A stretch of DNA of 64,000 bases from contig JBAZKN010000002.1 in NCBI GenBank assembly GCA_041650755.1, positions 69,030-133,029 of the forward strand. Reading direction: 5' to 3'. This document shows, one piece after another, positions 1-9,961 of the stretch; position 1 is the first letter of the stretch, and every line of letters starts with the position of its first letter. The notes under the pieces are model-generated. The model did not search any database and was not told the origin of the DNA. It saw only the letters and a program-made list of their open reading frames with translations. Made by a program: the position numbers and the translations under genes. Source of the stretch: Patescibacteria group bacterium (GTDB lineage: Bacteria > Patescibacteriota > Patescibacteriia > UBA1558 > GWA2-36-10).

Positions 1-15
1 TGGAAAATAGGGGAT

Positions 16-285
16 TTGTATGGTATGGAGCTGGGCGGTTATTATTATTTAGCTAATCAGCCCAGTTTATTGGAGAAAACCATTGCTAGCCAGATAAAAT
101 TAGCTAATATTACACAAAATTGTTTATCCAGTCAGAATTTACAGGTTAAAGACATTATTAAGCTGCAAGCTAAATTTTTGACCGATGGTCAGATCAAACA
201 AACTTTACTAGATAGGGGTATAGAAGAGTTGCTGGTGTTTTCTTATGAGAATAACCAAATAAAGGGCTGGCAAGCTTGTTTTTAG
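16..285 (+). CDS. Hypothetical protein; a C-terminal fragment, if the gene begins upstream of the window
   Basis: ORF at the window edge with no recognisable motif. Confidence 0.25.
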   Translation: MYGMELGGYYYLANQPSLLEKTIASQIKLANITQNCLSSQNLQVKDIIKLQAKFLTDGQIKQTLLDRGIEELLVFSYENNQIKGWQACF

Positions 286-964
286 GGTAAAATCAACTTC
301 TACACTAGCGTAGAAGTTTAAAATTTATATAAACTTGCCTGCACTGTTAAACAGGCTGCTTAGCGGCATTTAATGGTGTGGATAACTTGTTGATAATTGT
401 GAACTTTTCTTAAAAAAATTGTCAACTATTGTGGAAAAACATAAAAATTTTGGCTAATATTAGCGTTAATATATAGTTGACGCCTTTTTGATTATATGAT
501 ATAATTAAGATGTTGATAAATAAGATCTTTAAAATAATAAGGAATTGCGCATAAGTATATATTTGTGCCCAGTTCCTTCCGCTATTCTATCCTTCAATTC
601 AGCCAATGCCCTGACCATTGGCACCAAAAAAAACAAAAATAGAAATATAAATAGGTTCACCCTTCTATTGGGACTAAAATCCCGGAGAGGTCGATACCGT
701 AGGACGGTGTAGCGGCTAAATAGACCTTGAGTCAGATAGGTCACATGATGTCTTTACAAAATAATATCCCAGCCAATTTAAACTTACAAAAAGTATCTGA
801 GCAACATATGCTCGGAAATGGGTATTTCTAAAGACACCAAGGGCGCATTACAGCCCACAAAATTTTTTGAAAATGTTTGGGGTGTATGGATGCGCCTTTT
901 GCAATTGATCGAAATCTTGATTTTTTGCGGCTGATTTGCTATCCTATGTGGGTATAAAAACTAT

Positions 965-1327
965 ATGAAAATGGACGCTAAATTTATAGCCGCCCGAAAG
1001 CATGACCTAGAACAGCGCCGGGAAGAGCTTTTAAAAGAGTTAAGTGCCGATGCCGTGCAAGTGTCTGATAATGATTATAATGCCAAATTTGTTGATTATG
1101 GCGATAAAGAGGATGAAAATGCCGCCGAAGTGGCTGATTTTGAGAAAAATTTGTCACTGGAAAAGACCCTAGAGGTATCTTTGTATAATGTCAATAAGGC
1201 CATCAAGAAGATTGAGGAAGGTAACTATGGCTTGTGTGAAAAATGCGGTCAGCCCATAAACCCCAAGCGTTTAGAGGCCTTTCCTTCAGCTACTTCTTGT
1301 ATGGTTTGCAAGCAAAAGTCTCTATGA
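965..1327 (+). CDS. DksA/TraR-family C4-type zinc-finger protein
   Basis: 120 aa with a coiled-coil N-terminus and a C-terminal CxxC-x17-CxxC motif (CEKCGQ...CMVCKQ), typical of DksA/TraR. Confidence 0.7.
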   Translation: MKMDAKFIAARKHDLEQRREELLKELSADAVQVSDNDYNAKFVDYGDKEDENAAEVADFEKNLSLEKTLEVSLYNVNKAIKKIEEGNYGLCEKCGQPINPKRLEAFPSATSCMVCKQKSL

Positions 1328-1749
1328 GGCGTTATTATTATCTTGTTTTGTTTGGGTTATTTTTACTTGATCGCTTTACCAAAATATATTTTATCAAACA
1401 ACCACTTGAGTCCCAAGCTTTAGGTGGTTTTTTGCAATTGCAGTTGAATAAAAACATTGCTTTTTCCTGGCCCTTGCCGGAGCTTGTTTTGTATCCATTA
1501 TTAATTATTATAATTGTAGTGATTTTTTGGTTTTGGCTGGACAGTCTACAAAAGGAGAGTCGTTTGGTATGGTCTTGGGGCTTGCTGATTATTGGCGCGG
1601 TCAGCAATCTACTGGATCGGCTCAATTTTGGATCAGTCATAGATTTTATACATATTCCCTATTTTTCGGTTTTAAATATCAGCGATATTTATATTAGCTT
1701 GGGAGTGGTGTGGTTGTTGTGGTCAGAGCTTGGGCGAAAAAAAACCTAA
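1324..1749 (+). CDS. lspA: Lipoprotein signal peptidase II
   Basis: Starts at ATG 1324, a 4-nt overlap (ATGA) with the DksA stop. Multi-TM protein with LDRxTK, NxGxAF and VIDF(I) signal-peptidase II motifs. Confidence 0.8.
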   Translation: MRRYYYLVLFGLFLLDRFTKIYFIKQPLESQALGGFLQLQLNKNIAFSWPLPELVLYPLLIIIIVVIFWFWLDSLQKESRLVWSWGLLIIGAVSNLLDRLNFGSVIDFIHIPYFSVLNISDIYISLGVVWLLWSELGRKKT

Positions 1750-1937
1750 TATTATTTTTTTATATTCTTGACAAATTCTTTGGCATAATTTAAGATATTG
1801 GCAACAAGAAAAGCGATTGATGAGGCGTCCCATTATATTGGGGACGGGGCATGGGTTAGTTTTTTTTATTATCATTAGTAATAAAAAATAAATTGTCAAT
1901 CGCTTTTCTTGCTTGCAATAAAAAGAGAGGCGGTTTT

Positions 1938-3455
1938 ATGTCAGAAAAAATTTATACTATTGCTACCTTGGGCCTGAAAGGTGTTTTGGTGGAAGTAGAA
2001 GCCAATTTGTCCAGGCATTTGCCAAAGATTATTATTGTTGGTTTGCCTGATGCGGCTGTCCAAGAGGCCAAAGAGCGGGTTTGGGCAGCTATTGATAATA
2101 GCGGCACCAGATTCCCCAGACAAAAGGTAGTGATAAATTTAGCGCCAGCTCAAATTCGCAAAGAAGGTGGCAGCTATGATCTGCCCATGGCGATTGCCGT
2201 ATTACAGGCTAGTGGTGAAATAGATTTAGCAGGCGAGAGAGTTGCTTTTATTGGCGAGCTATCCTTGAGCGGTGAGATAAAATCTGTGCCAGGAGTTTTG
2301 GTCATGGCATCAAGCCTAAAAGAACACGGCTTTTCTAAAGTTTTTGTGCCAGCCGGTAATGTCAGAGAAGCCAGCCTTATTCAGGGCATAGATGTCTATC
2401 CGGTAAAAAATTTGCGGCAGGTGATAGACCACCTGAAGAATTTTTCTTTATTGGAGATTTACCCGCCGGCCGCCTGGGAGGAAAAAAAGATTGTGACTGG
2501 GTTTGATTTGGCTGACATCAGGGGCCAGCTGGTGACCAAGCGCGCTTTAGAGATAGCGGCGGCCGGCGGGCATAATATTTTTTTGGTTGGTCCGCCGGGG
2601 GCTGGTAAAACCATGCTAGCTAAAAGTTTTTTATCTATCTTGCCGCCGCTCAATGCAGCTGAGGCCTTAGAAATCAGCAAGGTCTATAGTCTGGCAGGGC
2701 TTTTGTCAGAAGAAAATTATTTTATTAACCAGCGTATTTTGCGCAGCCCGCATCATTCAGCCTCAGTGTCGGCTATTATCGGTGGTGGCTCTTGGCCAAA
2801 GCCCGGTGAAATATCTTTGGCCCACCGCAATGTCTTGTTTTTGGATGAAATTTTGGAATTTCCTCGGCGGGTGTTGGAAGCTCTGCGCCAGCCTTTGGAG
2901 GATGGGGTGATCACTGTGTCGCGAGTCAAAGGTAGTTTGGATTTTCCAGCCAATTTTATACTTTTGGCTACAGCCAACCCTTGCCCTTGCGGCTATTTGA
3001 CAGATCCGGACAAGGAATGCCATTGCAGCCAGAATGATATCAAACGTTATCAAAAGAGATTATCTGGTCCGGTCTTAGACAGGATAGATTTGCATGTTTT
3101 GGTAGACAAAGTAAAAAGTCAGGATTTGCAAGGCATTGATTTAATCAGTGAAAATTCGGCCATAGTACAACAGCGAGTAATTTTGGCGCGTAGCAGACAA
3201 ATAGAGCGCCCTAGTCAGAGATGTTTAAATTCCGAGATGGCTATAGCAGCCATAAAAAAATATTGTCGTTTGGATGATGTGAGTCAGCAGATTTTAAATC
3301 AGGCTATTGATTCTCTAGGCTTGACAGCCAGAGGATATTTCAAGGTTTTGAAGGTGGCGCGGACAATTGCCGATTTGGCTGACAGCCCGAGCATCAGAAA
3401 AGATCATATTTTAGAGGCCCTGCAGTACAGAAATAAAATTTTGGGGGCACTGTAA
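1938..3455 (+). CDS. comM: YifB/ComM-family Mg-chelatase-like AAA+ ATPase
   Basis: N-terminal Lon-protease-like domain, Walker A GPPGAGKT, and a C-terminal ChlI-like domain. AGAGAGG lies upstream of ATG 1938. Confidence 0.85.
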   Translation: MSEKIYTIATLGLKGVLVEVEANLSRHLPKIIIVGLPDAAVQEAKERVWAAIDNSGTRFPRQKVVINLAPAQIRKEGGSYDLPMAIAVLQASGEIDLAGERVAFIGELSLSGEIKSVPGVLVMASSLKEHGFSKVFVPAGNVREASLIQGIDVYPVKNLRQVIDHLKNFSLLEIYPPAAWEEKKIVTGFDLADIRGQLVTKRALEIAAAGGHNIFLVGPPGAGKTMLAKSFLSILPPLNAAEALEISKVYSLAGLLSEENYFINQRILRSPHHSASVSAIIGGGSWPKPGEISLAHRNVLFLDEILEFPRRVLEALRQPLEDGVITVSRVKGSLDFPANFILLATANPCPCGYLTDPDKECHCSQNDIKRYQKRLSGPVLDRIDLHVLVDKVKSQDLQGIDLISENSAIVQQRVILARSRQIERPSQRCLNSEMAIAAIKKYCRLDDVSQQILNQAIDSLGLTARGYFKVLKVARTIADLADSPSIRKDHILEALQYRNKILGAL

Positions 3456-3904
3456 TAATATTGACAAATTTGACGTCATATTATATATATAAGGGTCAAA
3501 GTTCTTTTATATTTTTGGGCTATTCTCTTCAGGCAAGTGTCTTTAAAGGCATTTTTGAGGGTATTTTACCTGAAGAGAATATGCTTGGACAGTAAAGTGT
3601 CTTAGGATGAGTGTCGACCCATCCTAATATTCTCTAGTCAGGCCTTGCAAGTAACGATAATTATATGTTTCGTGCCTTGTATGCCTTTTTCCAGATGATC
3701 ATTCTGGTTGTGCTGTTCAAGTTATTCGCTCCAGGAGTCTATTCGCTCCTTGTCGAAATGTTGACTCAAGTTTTGACCATCGCCAATGCGGTGCTCAATC
3801 ACTTGGCCAACCAAACGCCCACTCTCTAGCCTCAAGCTCCAAAGAGCTTGATGCCAGAGGAAAACCAGAAAGGAGGATCGGTTCACGCCGGTCCTTTTCT
3901 TTTG

Positions 3905-3932
3905 AATAAAAAAAGACCCACCGAAGTGGGTC
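3905..3932 (-). terminator. Rho-independent terminator for the minus-strand small gene
   Basis: The minus strand reads GACCCAC-TTCG-GTGGGTC followed by a T-run; the hairpin overlaps the stop codon. Confidence 0.5.
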
Positions 3933-4242
3933 AGTCCTGCTGAGGGCAGTGCCGATGGGCGTAGTGTGCGTTGAGGTTGCATACCAGAGAGCTGGCTAAC
4001 ATGCAGCCGATCAATTTCTCGCACAGCCCTAGGCCGAGAGAGGTGTTGGCCATGTTAAAGCCATGAAACGCCAGGGCCCCGCCCATGATGATGAAGAACC
4101 ACGGCACAGGGGCAGCCAAGCCCAGAGCCAGGAAAAAGTAGGGGCAGCTAGCCCAGTTCGTCGGGGATTTGAGAAGCGCATCCCAACTCTTGTAGAAGAC
4201 GTAGAGCGAAGCGATGAAGGGAACCCAGATCAGGTTTTCCAT
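3931..4242 (-). CDS. Small hydrophobic protein (~104 aa) in GC-rich islet 1
   Basis: Local GC is ~55% against ~38% elsewhere. A strong SD (AAGGAGGGAGAGGG) sits 2 nt before the ATG. Two to three predicted TM segments, followed by a terminator. Confidence 0.45.
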   Translation of the reverse strand: MENLIWVPFIASLYVFYKSWDALLKSPTNWASCPYFFLALGLAAPVPWFFIIMGGALAFHGFNMANTSLGLGLCEKLIGCMLASSLVCNLNAHYAHRHCPQQD

Positions 4243-4365
4243 GGCCCTCTCCCTCCTTGAAGTCAGGGATGGCATCCAGCAAGCTCAAAGAGCGAGGTAG
4301 TCAATATAAATCATATCGCTTTATTGTTTTTTGTCAATAAATGATTTTATTGCTATGATAAGAAC

Positions 4366-5163
4366 ATGAAAAAATACCTCGTTTTATTATTAGCATTTAT
4401 TTTGTTGGTTGGCTTTGGTGTTTGGCAATATGCCAAGCGCAATAATCCTGATTTGGTTATAAATTTGCCGCCAGCGCAGAATTTTCAGGAGTTTGTAGAG
4501 CAGACTAGTACCCCAATAATTAGTGACGAAGCAGTTGAGTCAACAACTACTAGCGCTGAGCCCGAGGCTACTCTTCCTGCTACAGTGGATTTACCCAATA
4601 AAATTAATTTAAATATTCCTTTTACTTCGCAGGCGCCGACTGCCAATTGGAATCAGCCCTTTCAGGACGCTTGCGAGGAAGCCAGCGTTTTGATGGCAGT
4701 ATATTATTATGAAAATAGAAAGTTTCCTTCTAGCGCAGATGTAGAAAAGATTATTTTAGATTTGGTTCAGTGGCAAATTGATCACTGGGGAGTCCATAAA
4801 AATATGCCAGTGGCAGAAGTGGCTGATTTTGCGCAAAACTACTATGGTTATCAAACAGAAATAGTGAATGATTTGACAATTGATAAGATAAAGCAATATT
4901 TACAGGCTGGCCGGCCGGTGATTGTGCCGGCTAACGGCAAGAAACTGGCTAACCCTAATTTTCGTAATGGCGGGCCGCTTTATCACATGCTAGTTATTAA
5001 GGGGTTTGCTGATGATAAATTCATCACCAATGATCCTGGCACCAGAAAAGGAGCGGATTTTATTTATACTCAGGCAAATTTGATGGGGGCAATCGCTGAT
5101 TGGGGCGAGGATCAGAATGCTGCTATGGGCCCAAGACGCGCCCTGATATTATTACCAAAATAA
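4366..5163 (+). CDS. Secreted or membrane-anchored C39-like (papain-fold) peptidase-family protein
   Basis: N-terminal signal/TM segment. Q...C(EEAS) followed by H(MLVIKGF) and NDPG, resembling the Peptidase_C39_2 catalytic arrangement. Confidence 0.55.
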   Translation: MKKYLVLLLAFILLVGFGVWQYAKRNNPDLVINLPPAQNFQEFVEQTSTPIISDEAVESTTTSAEPEATLPATVDLPNKINLNIPFTSQAPTANWNQPFQDACEEASVLMAVYYYENRKFPSSADVEKIILDLVQWQIDHWGVHKNMPVAEVADFAQNYYGYQTEIVNDLTIDKIKQYLQAGRPVIVPANGKKLANPNFRNGGPLYHMLVIKGFADDKFITNDPGTRKGADFIYTQANLMGAIADWGEDQNAAMGPRRALILLPK

Positions 5164-5196
5164 AAAACAAGCCCTTACTTTAGGGCTTATTTTTAT
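5163..5196. terminator. Bidirectional rho-independent terminator between convergent genes
   Basis: AAGCCC-ttacttta-GGGCTT hairpin with an A-run on its 5' side and a T-run on its 3' side. Confidence 0.5.
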
Positions 5197-5198
5197 AT

Positions 5199-5477
5199 CT
5201 ATTTTTTAAGAGAATCTTTGAGAGTTTTGCCGGCCTTAAATTTTGGTACCATAACTTCAGGTATGGTAATGGTTTCTTTGGGGTTTTGCGGGTTGACTCC
5301 TCGGCGAGAAGTCCGACGGCGGGCAGAGAAAGTGCCAAAGCCGGTCAGGGTAATTTCTTTGCCAGCTTTTAAATTTTCAATAATCAGATCCTCTAAAGCC
5401 TGGAGGATATTTTCTGCTTCTTTTTTGCTGACGCCAGCTTTGATGGCTAGGCTTTCAATAAGTTGGGCTTTGTGCAT
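5199..5477 (-). CDS. hup: HU-family DNA-binding protein
   Basis: 92 aa with the HU/IHF signature (GFGTF...R..R.GRNP.T.E.I.I). Confidence 0.9.
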   Translation of the reverse strand: MHKAQLIESLAIKAGVSKKEAENILQALEDLIIENLKAGKEITLTGFGTFSARRRTSRRGVNPQNPKETITIPEVMVPKFKAGKTLKDSLKK

Positions 5478-5488
5478 ATATTTATTGG

Positions 5489-6301
5489 TTAGTTTCCACT
5501 GGGGGCGGAAATTATTTCTCTTAGCAGTTTTATATCATTGGCATTTTTTGACTGCCTATCTATTGATAATAATACTGCATTTATTTCAATTTGACCAGCT
5601 TCGGGTAATTCATGGCGGATATGGCTGCCGGTCAAGAATTTTTCGATAATCACTTCTTTCTTTATGCCCAAGACAGAAGAAAAAGATCCAGCCATGCCTA
5701 CATCGGTGATATAAGCTGTGCCGGGCGGTAAAATCTGGGCGTCAGCCGTGGGCACGTGGGTATGGGTGCCAATAACAGCTGCTACTTTGCCGGCCAAAAA
5801 GAAACCCATAGCTCTTTTTTCACTGGTAAGCTCAGCGTGCATATCGACAATAATAATATCTGAAGCTAAGTTTGGCAGTAATTCCTGGATAGCTAGAAAT
5901 GGATTATTGATCGTATCGCTATTCATCAGGCTTTGGCCCAAAAGATTGATTATGGCGATTTTTTGGCCGCCTAAAGAAATTTCTTGATAGCGGTGTACGG
6001 GTAGTGTGCGCACATCATTTAAGGGTGTAGCGATTTTCAAATCGGTAAAATCACTTAAATCTTGTTTGCGCCAAGTATGATTACCACCGGTGAAGACATC
6101 GATGCCAATACCGCTGATGTCAGCTACTGTTTTGCTGGTCAGGCCCTTGCCGTGTGCCAGATTTTCTATGTTGGCGATAATTAGATCTGGCTGATATTTT
6201 TTTTGCCAACGCGGCAAAATCTCTTTGACGCCTTGTCGCCCCAGGGCACCCTCTATGTCGCCGATAAATAAAATTTTTAAATTATTAGCGGGCATATTCA
6301 A
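5489..6301 (-). CDS. ymdB: TIGR00282/YmdB-family metallophosphoesterase
   Basis: GDIxG, GNH and GTHTHV calcineurin-like motifs. Sits in the conserved pairing downstream of rny. Confidence 0.85.
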   Translation of the reverse strand: MNMPANNLKILFIGDIEGALGRQGVKEILPRWQKKYQPDLIIANIENLAHGKGLTSKTVADISGIGIDVFTGGNHTWRKQDLSDFTDLKIATPLNDVRTLPVHRYQEISLGGQKIAIINLLGQSLMNSDTINNPFLAIQELLPNLASDIIIVDMHAELTSEKRAMGFFLAGKVAAVIGTHTHVPTADAQILPPGTAYITDVGMAGSFSSVLGIKKEVIIEKFLTGSHIRHELPEAGQIEINAVLLSIDRQSKNANDIKLLREIISAPSGN

Positions 6302-7799
6302 TGACTCTTTTTTCTCTAATGACGGTGACTTTTATTTCACCGGGATACTTGAGCTCATTTTCAATTTTATTGGCGATATCGCGAGCCAACGTAGTAGCCT
6401 TATAATCGTCAATTTCTTCTGGAGAGACAAAAACACGGATTTCTCGGCCAGCTTGGATAGCATAGGCCTTATCTACGCCAGGGAAGGTTTTGGCTGTGTC
6501 TTCTAGCTCGGTTAATCTCTGAATATAGTCTTCAAAAGAGTCGCGTCTGGCGCCTGGCCGAGAGCCAGAAATGGCATCGGCGATTTTGACTATGACGCCT
6601 TCCAAGGTCTTGGGCTGGTCTTCATGGTGGGCAAGCGACATATAGGCCACTTCTTCGGGCAAACCGAATTTTTTCAGTAAATCATAGCCAATCTCTGGGT
6701 GCGGACCTTGAATTTCGTGATCCAGAGCCTTGCCAATGTCATGTAGTAGTCCACCTTTTTTACAGATGCTAATATCAGCTTTTAGTTCAGCGGCCAAAAG
6801 TCCAGCCAAGTGCGATACTTCTAGGGCATGCTGTAATTGATTCTGGCCGTAGCTGGTACGGTATTTTAAACGACCCAATATCTGAATCAGTTTAGTGTCT
6901 AAACCCACAACTCCGACTTGGTAAGCAGCCTCTTCACCAGCTTTTTTGATATCGAGAGCTAAGTCTTTTTTGGCAGCTTGGATAGCTTCTTCGATGCGGC
7001 CGGGGTGAATCCGACCATCAGCCATTAGTTTTTCTAGAGAGCGCTTGGCTAGCTGGCGGCGGATGGGGTTAAAAGCCGAAATTAATATGGACTGGGGCGT
7101 GTCATCGATAATAATTTCTACGCCGGTCAACTGTTCGATAGTTTTTATGTTACGGCCCTCGCGGCCAATGATGCGGCCTTTCATTTCTTCGTTGGGGAGA
7201 TCAACAGCAGTAGTAGTGGTTTCAACAGTGTGGGGGGCAGCCACTCTTTCTATGACTGAAGTCAAAAGTTTTTTGGCTTTTGACTCTAATTCTTCGCTGG
7301 CTTCGGCCTCCAGTTTACGGATGCGATGTAAGAGTTCATCTTTCATGCGCATTTCTGTGTTGTTAAGCAGAACCTCCTTGGCTTCTTCTTGAGATAGGGC
7401 AGCGATTTTTTCAAGTTTAGCCAGCTGCTCTTCTTTGATTTGTTTGACTTCTTCTTTATTTTTTTCTAATTGTTTTTGCGACTGCTCTAAGCGCTGTTTG
7501 TTGTCCTCGAATTCTAATATTTTACGATCAAACAAGCTCTCACGCTTGCTCAAGCGAGTTTCCAGGTCTTGCAATTGGTGGCGGCGTTCCCGCTCCTCAG
7601 CTTTAGCTTCTTCGATTAAGGCTAGAGATTTGTCCTTGGCTTCCAAAAGCAAATCTTTTTGTTTTTGTTTAGCATCGGCTAGCATGCTTTCAGCCTTGCG
7701 TTCGGCTGATTGGACATTTTGCTGGGTTAAGAATTTCTTGATCAAGAAACCAAAAAATAGGCCGAATATCAAGGCGGCAAATAACCAGATTAATTCCAT
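6285..7799 (-). CDS. rny: Ribonuclease Y
   Basis: N-terminal TM segment, long coiled coil, KH domain (GREGRNI), and an HD domain (HxxDIGK...H). Confidence 0.9.
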   Translation of the reverse strand: MELIWLFAALIFGLFFGFLIKKFLTQQNVQSAERKAESMLADAKQKQKDLLLEAKDKSLALIEEAKAEERERRHQLQDLETRLSKRESLFDRKILEFEDNKQRLEQSQKQLEKNKEEVKQIKEEQLAKLEKIAALSQEEAKEVLLNNTEMRMKDELLHRIRKLEAEASEELESKAKKLLTSVIERVAAPHTVETTTTAVDLPNEEMKGRIIGREGRNIKTIEQLTGVEIIIDDTPQSILISAFNPIRRQLAKRSLEKLMADGRIHPGRIEEAIQAAKKDLALDIKKAGEEAAYQVGVVGLDTKLIQILGRLKYRTSYGQNQLQHALEVSHLAGLLAAELKADISICKKGGLLHDIGKALDHEIQGPHPEIGYDLLKKFGLPEEVAYMSLAHHEDQPKTLEGVIVKIADAISGSRPGARRDSFEDYIQRLTELEDTAKTFPGVDKAYAIQAGREIRVFVSPEEIDDYKATTLARDIANKIENELKYPGEIKVTVIREKRVIEYAR

Positions 7800-8099
7800 C
7801 TTATAGATCTTTCCGGTTTACTGTTTTAGTTTTGTATAGACAAATTTAAAAAACCCAAGCCAGTCAAGTGGAGAAATAATTTTTGGATTGATTAATTGAA
7901 TAGATGAAAATTTCATGAATTAATTTTACCAGTATGGGTATTTGCTATTATTTTTATAATCAGTCAAAGAAGACAAGATTTAGCCAAAACAGTAAATTAA
8001 GCTAATAAAAATAATAAAGGTTGAGAATAAAATAATTCTCAAGCGCATTTTACCTAATTTTAGGGTAAAAGTCAACCCCCAATGGTTGGGCTTTATTTT

Positions 8100-8182
8100 A
8101 TAATAAAAAGACCATCGGCGTGAGCCTAACATCATCCAAAGTCTTTCGGCTATGAGTGGTGTCAGGCACCGATGGTCTTGAG
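8100..8182 (-). terminator. Long hairpin with a T-run; likely clpP terminator or a structured RNA
   Basis: 9-bp perfect stem GACCATCGG/CCGATGGTC with nested pairing, followed on the minus strand by TTTTTATTAT. Confidence 0.35.
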
Positions 8183-8279
8183 GCTGAGATTTTTATCTTG
8201 AGGGTGTTTTGCATCCTCAAAAACTCACCTTGCAAAAATATTAGCACAAATTAAAAAAATATAAAAGGGGGTGCTTGGA

Positions 8280-8852
8280 TTATTTGATAATCTTGTCTAT
8301 TAAGCCGTAGTTTAAGGCTTCTTCGGGAGCCATATAGTAGTCGCGGTCAGTGTCAGCTTCAATTCTTTTTAAGGGCTGGCCAGCATGGTTGTGTAAGATT
8401 TTATTGAGGCGGTCTTTGAGCTTCAAGATCTGTTCGGCTTTTATTTTTATATCGCTAGCTTGTCCGGTAGCGCCGCCCATGATCTGATGGATTAGTATTT
8501 CGGAGTTAGGCAAAGCAAATCTCTGGCCCTTGGTCCCGCTAGCCAGAAGTAAGGCGGCCATAGAGGCAGCCAGACCCACGCAAATAGTAGACACCGGGCT
8601 TTTTACATGTTGCATGGTGTCATAGATGGCTAGTCCGTCAGTGACTGATCCGCCCGGAGAGTTGATATACATCTTGATTGGTTTAGTATTATCTTGAGCA
8701 TCCAGGAATAATAGTTGAGCAATCACCAGATTGGCTACTCGATCATCAATCACATCGCCTAAAAAGATAATTCTATCTTTCAAAAGGCGGGAGTAGATGT
8801 CGTAAGCCCGTTCGCCGCCGGGGGCTTTTTCAATGACAGTAGGTATTAGCAT
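8280..8852 (-). CDS. clpP: ATP-dependent Clp protease proteolytic subunit
   Basis: Ser-His-Asp triad context ([13 protein letters not shown]) with full-length ClpP similarity. Confidence 0.9.
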   Translation of the reverse strand: MLIPTVIEKAPGGERAYDIYSRLLKDRIIFLGDVIDDRVANLVIAQLLFLDAQDNTKPIKMYINSPGGSVTDGLAIYDTMQHVKSPVSTICVGLAASMAALLLASGTKGQRFALPNSEILIHQIMGGATGQASDIKIKAEQILKLKDRLNKILHNHAGQPLKRIEADTDRDYYMAPEEALNYGLIDKIIK

Positions 8853-8926
8853 ATGTTTGTGGTTAATTATTGCTGGGGCATTATTATTGTGAGACCCCGG
8901 AACAAGTCCGGGGTGCTCGTCATCTT

Positions 8927-9892
8927 TCAGATGACTCGCAATTTATTATTATCATAGACCAGCTTTCCTGGCAAGGAAAAGCCAGAAGCTTTTTTGTGGC
9001 CGCCACCACCCAAGAGGGTGGCAATCTTTGCCAAATCTATGTCAGTGGTAGTGCGCATAGATCCTTTGATCATATTATCAGCGTCTTCTTTGAGGACCAA
9101 AATTATTTTCCCTTCATTGAGAATGTGTAGAAAATTAGCAATGCCTTCAATATTGCCGTCGCTTATTTCACATTCCAAGAAGTCTTGTTGCGTGACAAAG
9201 GTATAGACCAGTTGATATTGGTCAACGTGCTGTAGTCTTTCCAAGGTCCGACCCCATAATTTTAGATGTTTTAGCTCCCGGTTGTTTAAAGTTTGATTCA
9301 TGATTTGTTGTAGGTTGGCGCCTTGTCTATAGAGATCAGCCGCAGCTGATAAGCTAAGGTGGCCAGTAGCATTGTTTCTAAAGCCGCCAGTATCAGTAAT
9401 AATCCCGGTGCTTAAATGAGTAGCCATTTCTTTGTCCAGGGTGACCTGCCAGTCTTTTAATAATCTATAAATAACCTCGCAAGTAGAGGAGGCATCATGA
9501 ATGACCAGATTGATGTGGCCATAGTGATCATTTGAAGCATGATGGTCAATGTTTATCAGGGTATAATTTATCGGCAAGGCCGTTAGCAAATATCTGACGC
9601 CTGCATAATCCAAACTGCCAGAGTCCAGGGCTATTATCAGGTCGTATTTTTTGGTAAATACTAGGTGGTCTTGAGTAAGACAATGGCTATCGGGTAAAAA
9701 CTGGAGACCAAGAGGCAGTGGGTCTATACAAAAACTGGTGACATTTTTGTTGAGATTTTTCAAAAACCTAGTCAAAGCCAAATTAGCCCCCAAAGTGTCG
9801 CCATCGGGTTTTTGGTGGGAAAAAATCAGGACGTCTTTAGCTCGATTTATGGCTTGCCAGATCGCTTGACTAATGGTTCGGTGACTTTTCAT
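8927..9892 (-). CDS. nrnA: DHH/DHHA1 phosphoesterase (NrnA-like oligoribonuclease / pAp phosphatase)
   Basis: DHH motif (NIDHH) and a DHHA1 GGGGH motif. Confidence 0.8.
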   Translation of the reverse strand: MKSHRTISQAIWQAINRAKDVLIFSHQKPDGDTLGANLALTRFLKNLNKNVTSFCIDPLPLGLQFLPDSHCLTQDHLVFTKKYDLIIALDSGSLDYAGVRYLLTALPINYTLINIDHHASNDHYGHINLVIHDASSTCEVIYRLLKDWQVTLDKEMATHLSTGIITDTGGFRNNATGHLSLSAAADLYRQGANLQQIMNQTLNNRELKHLKLWGRTLERLQHVDQYQLVYTFVTQQDFLECEISDGNIEGIANFLHILNEGKIILVLKEDADNMIKGSMRTTTDIDLAKIATLLGGGGHKKASGFSLPGKLVYDNNKLRVI

Positions 9893-9961
9893 AACTTATT
9901 ATTGTAAGTAAAAAACGAGGTTTAGTCAACCCCTTTATTTTGTAAGAGAAATTTAAATTTT

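Noticed and set aside
1338-1640. 100-aa minus-strand ORF inside lspA
   Set aside because: Antisense to a CDS with clear signal-peptidase II motifs, and it has no motifs or RBS of its own.
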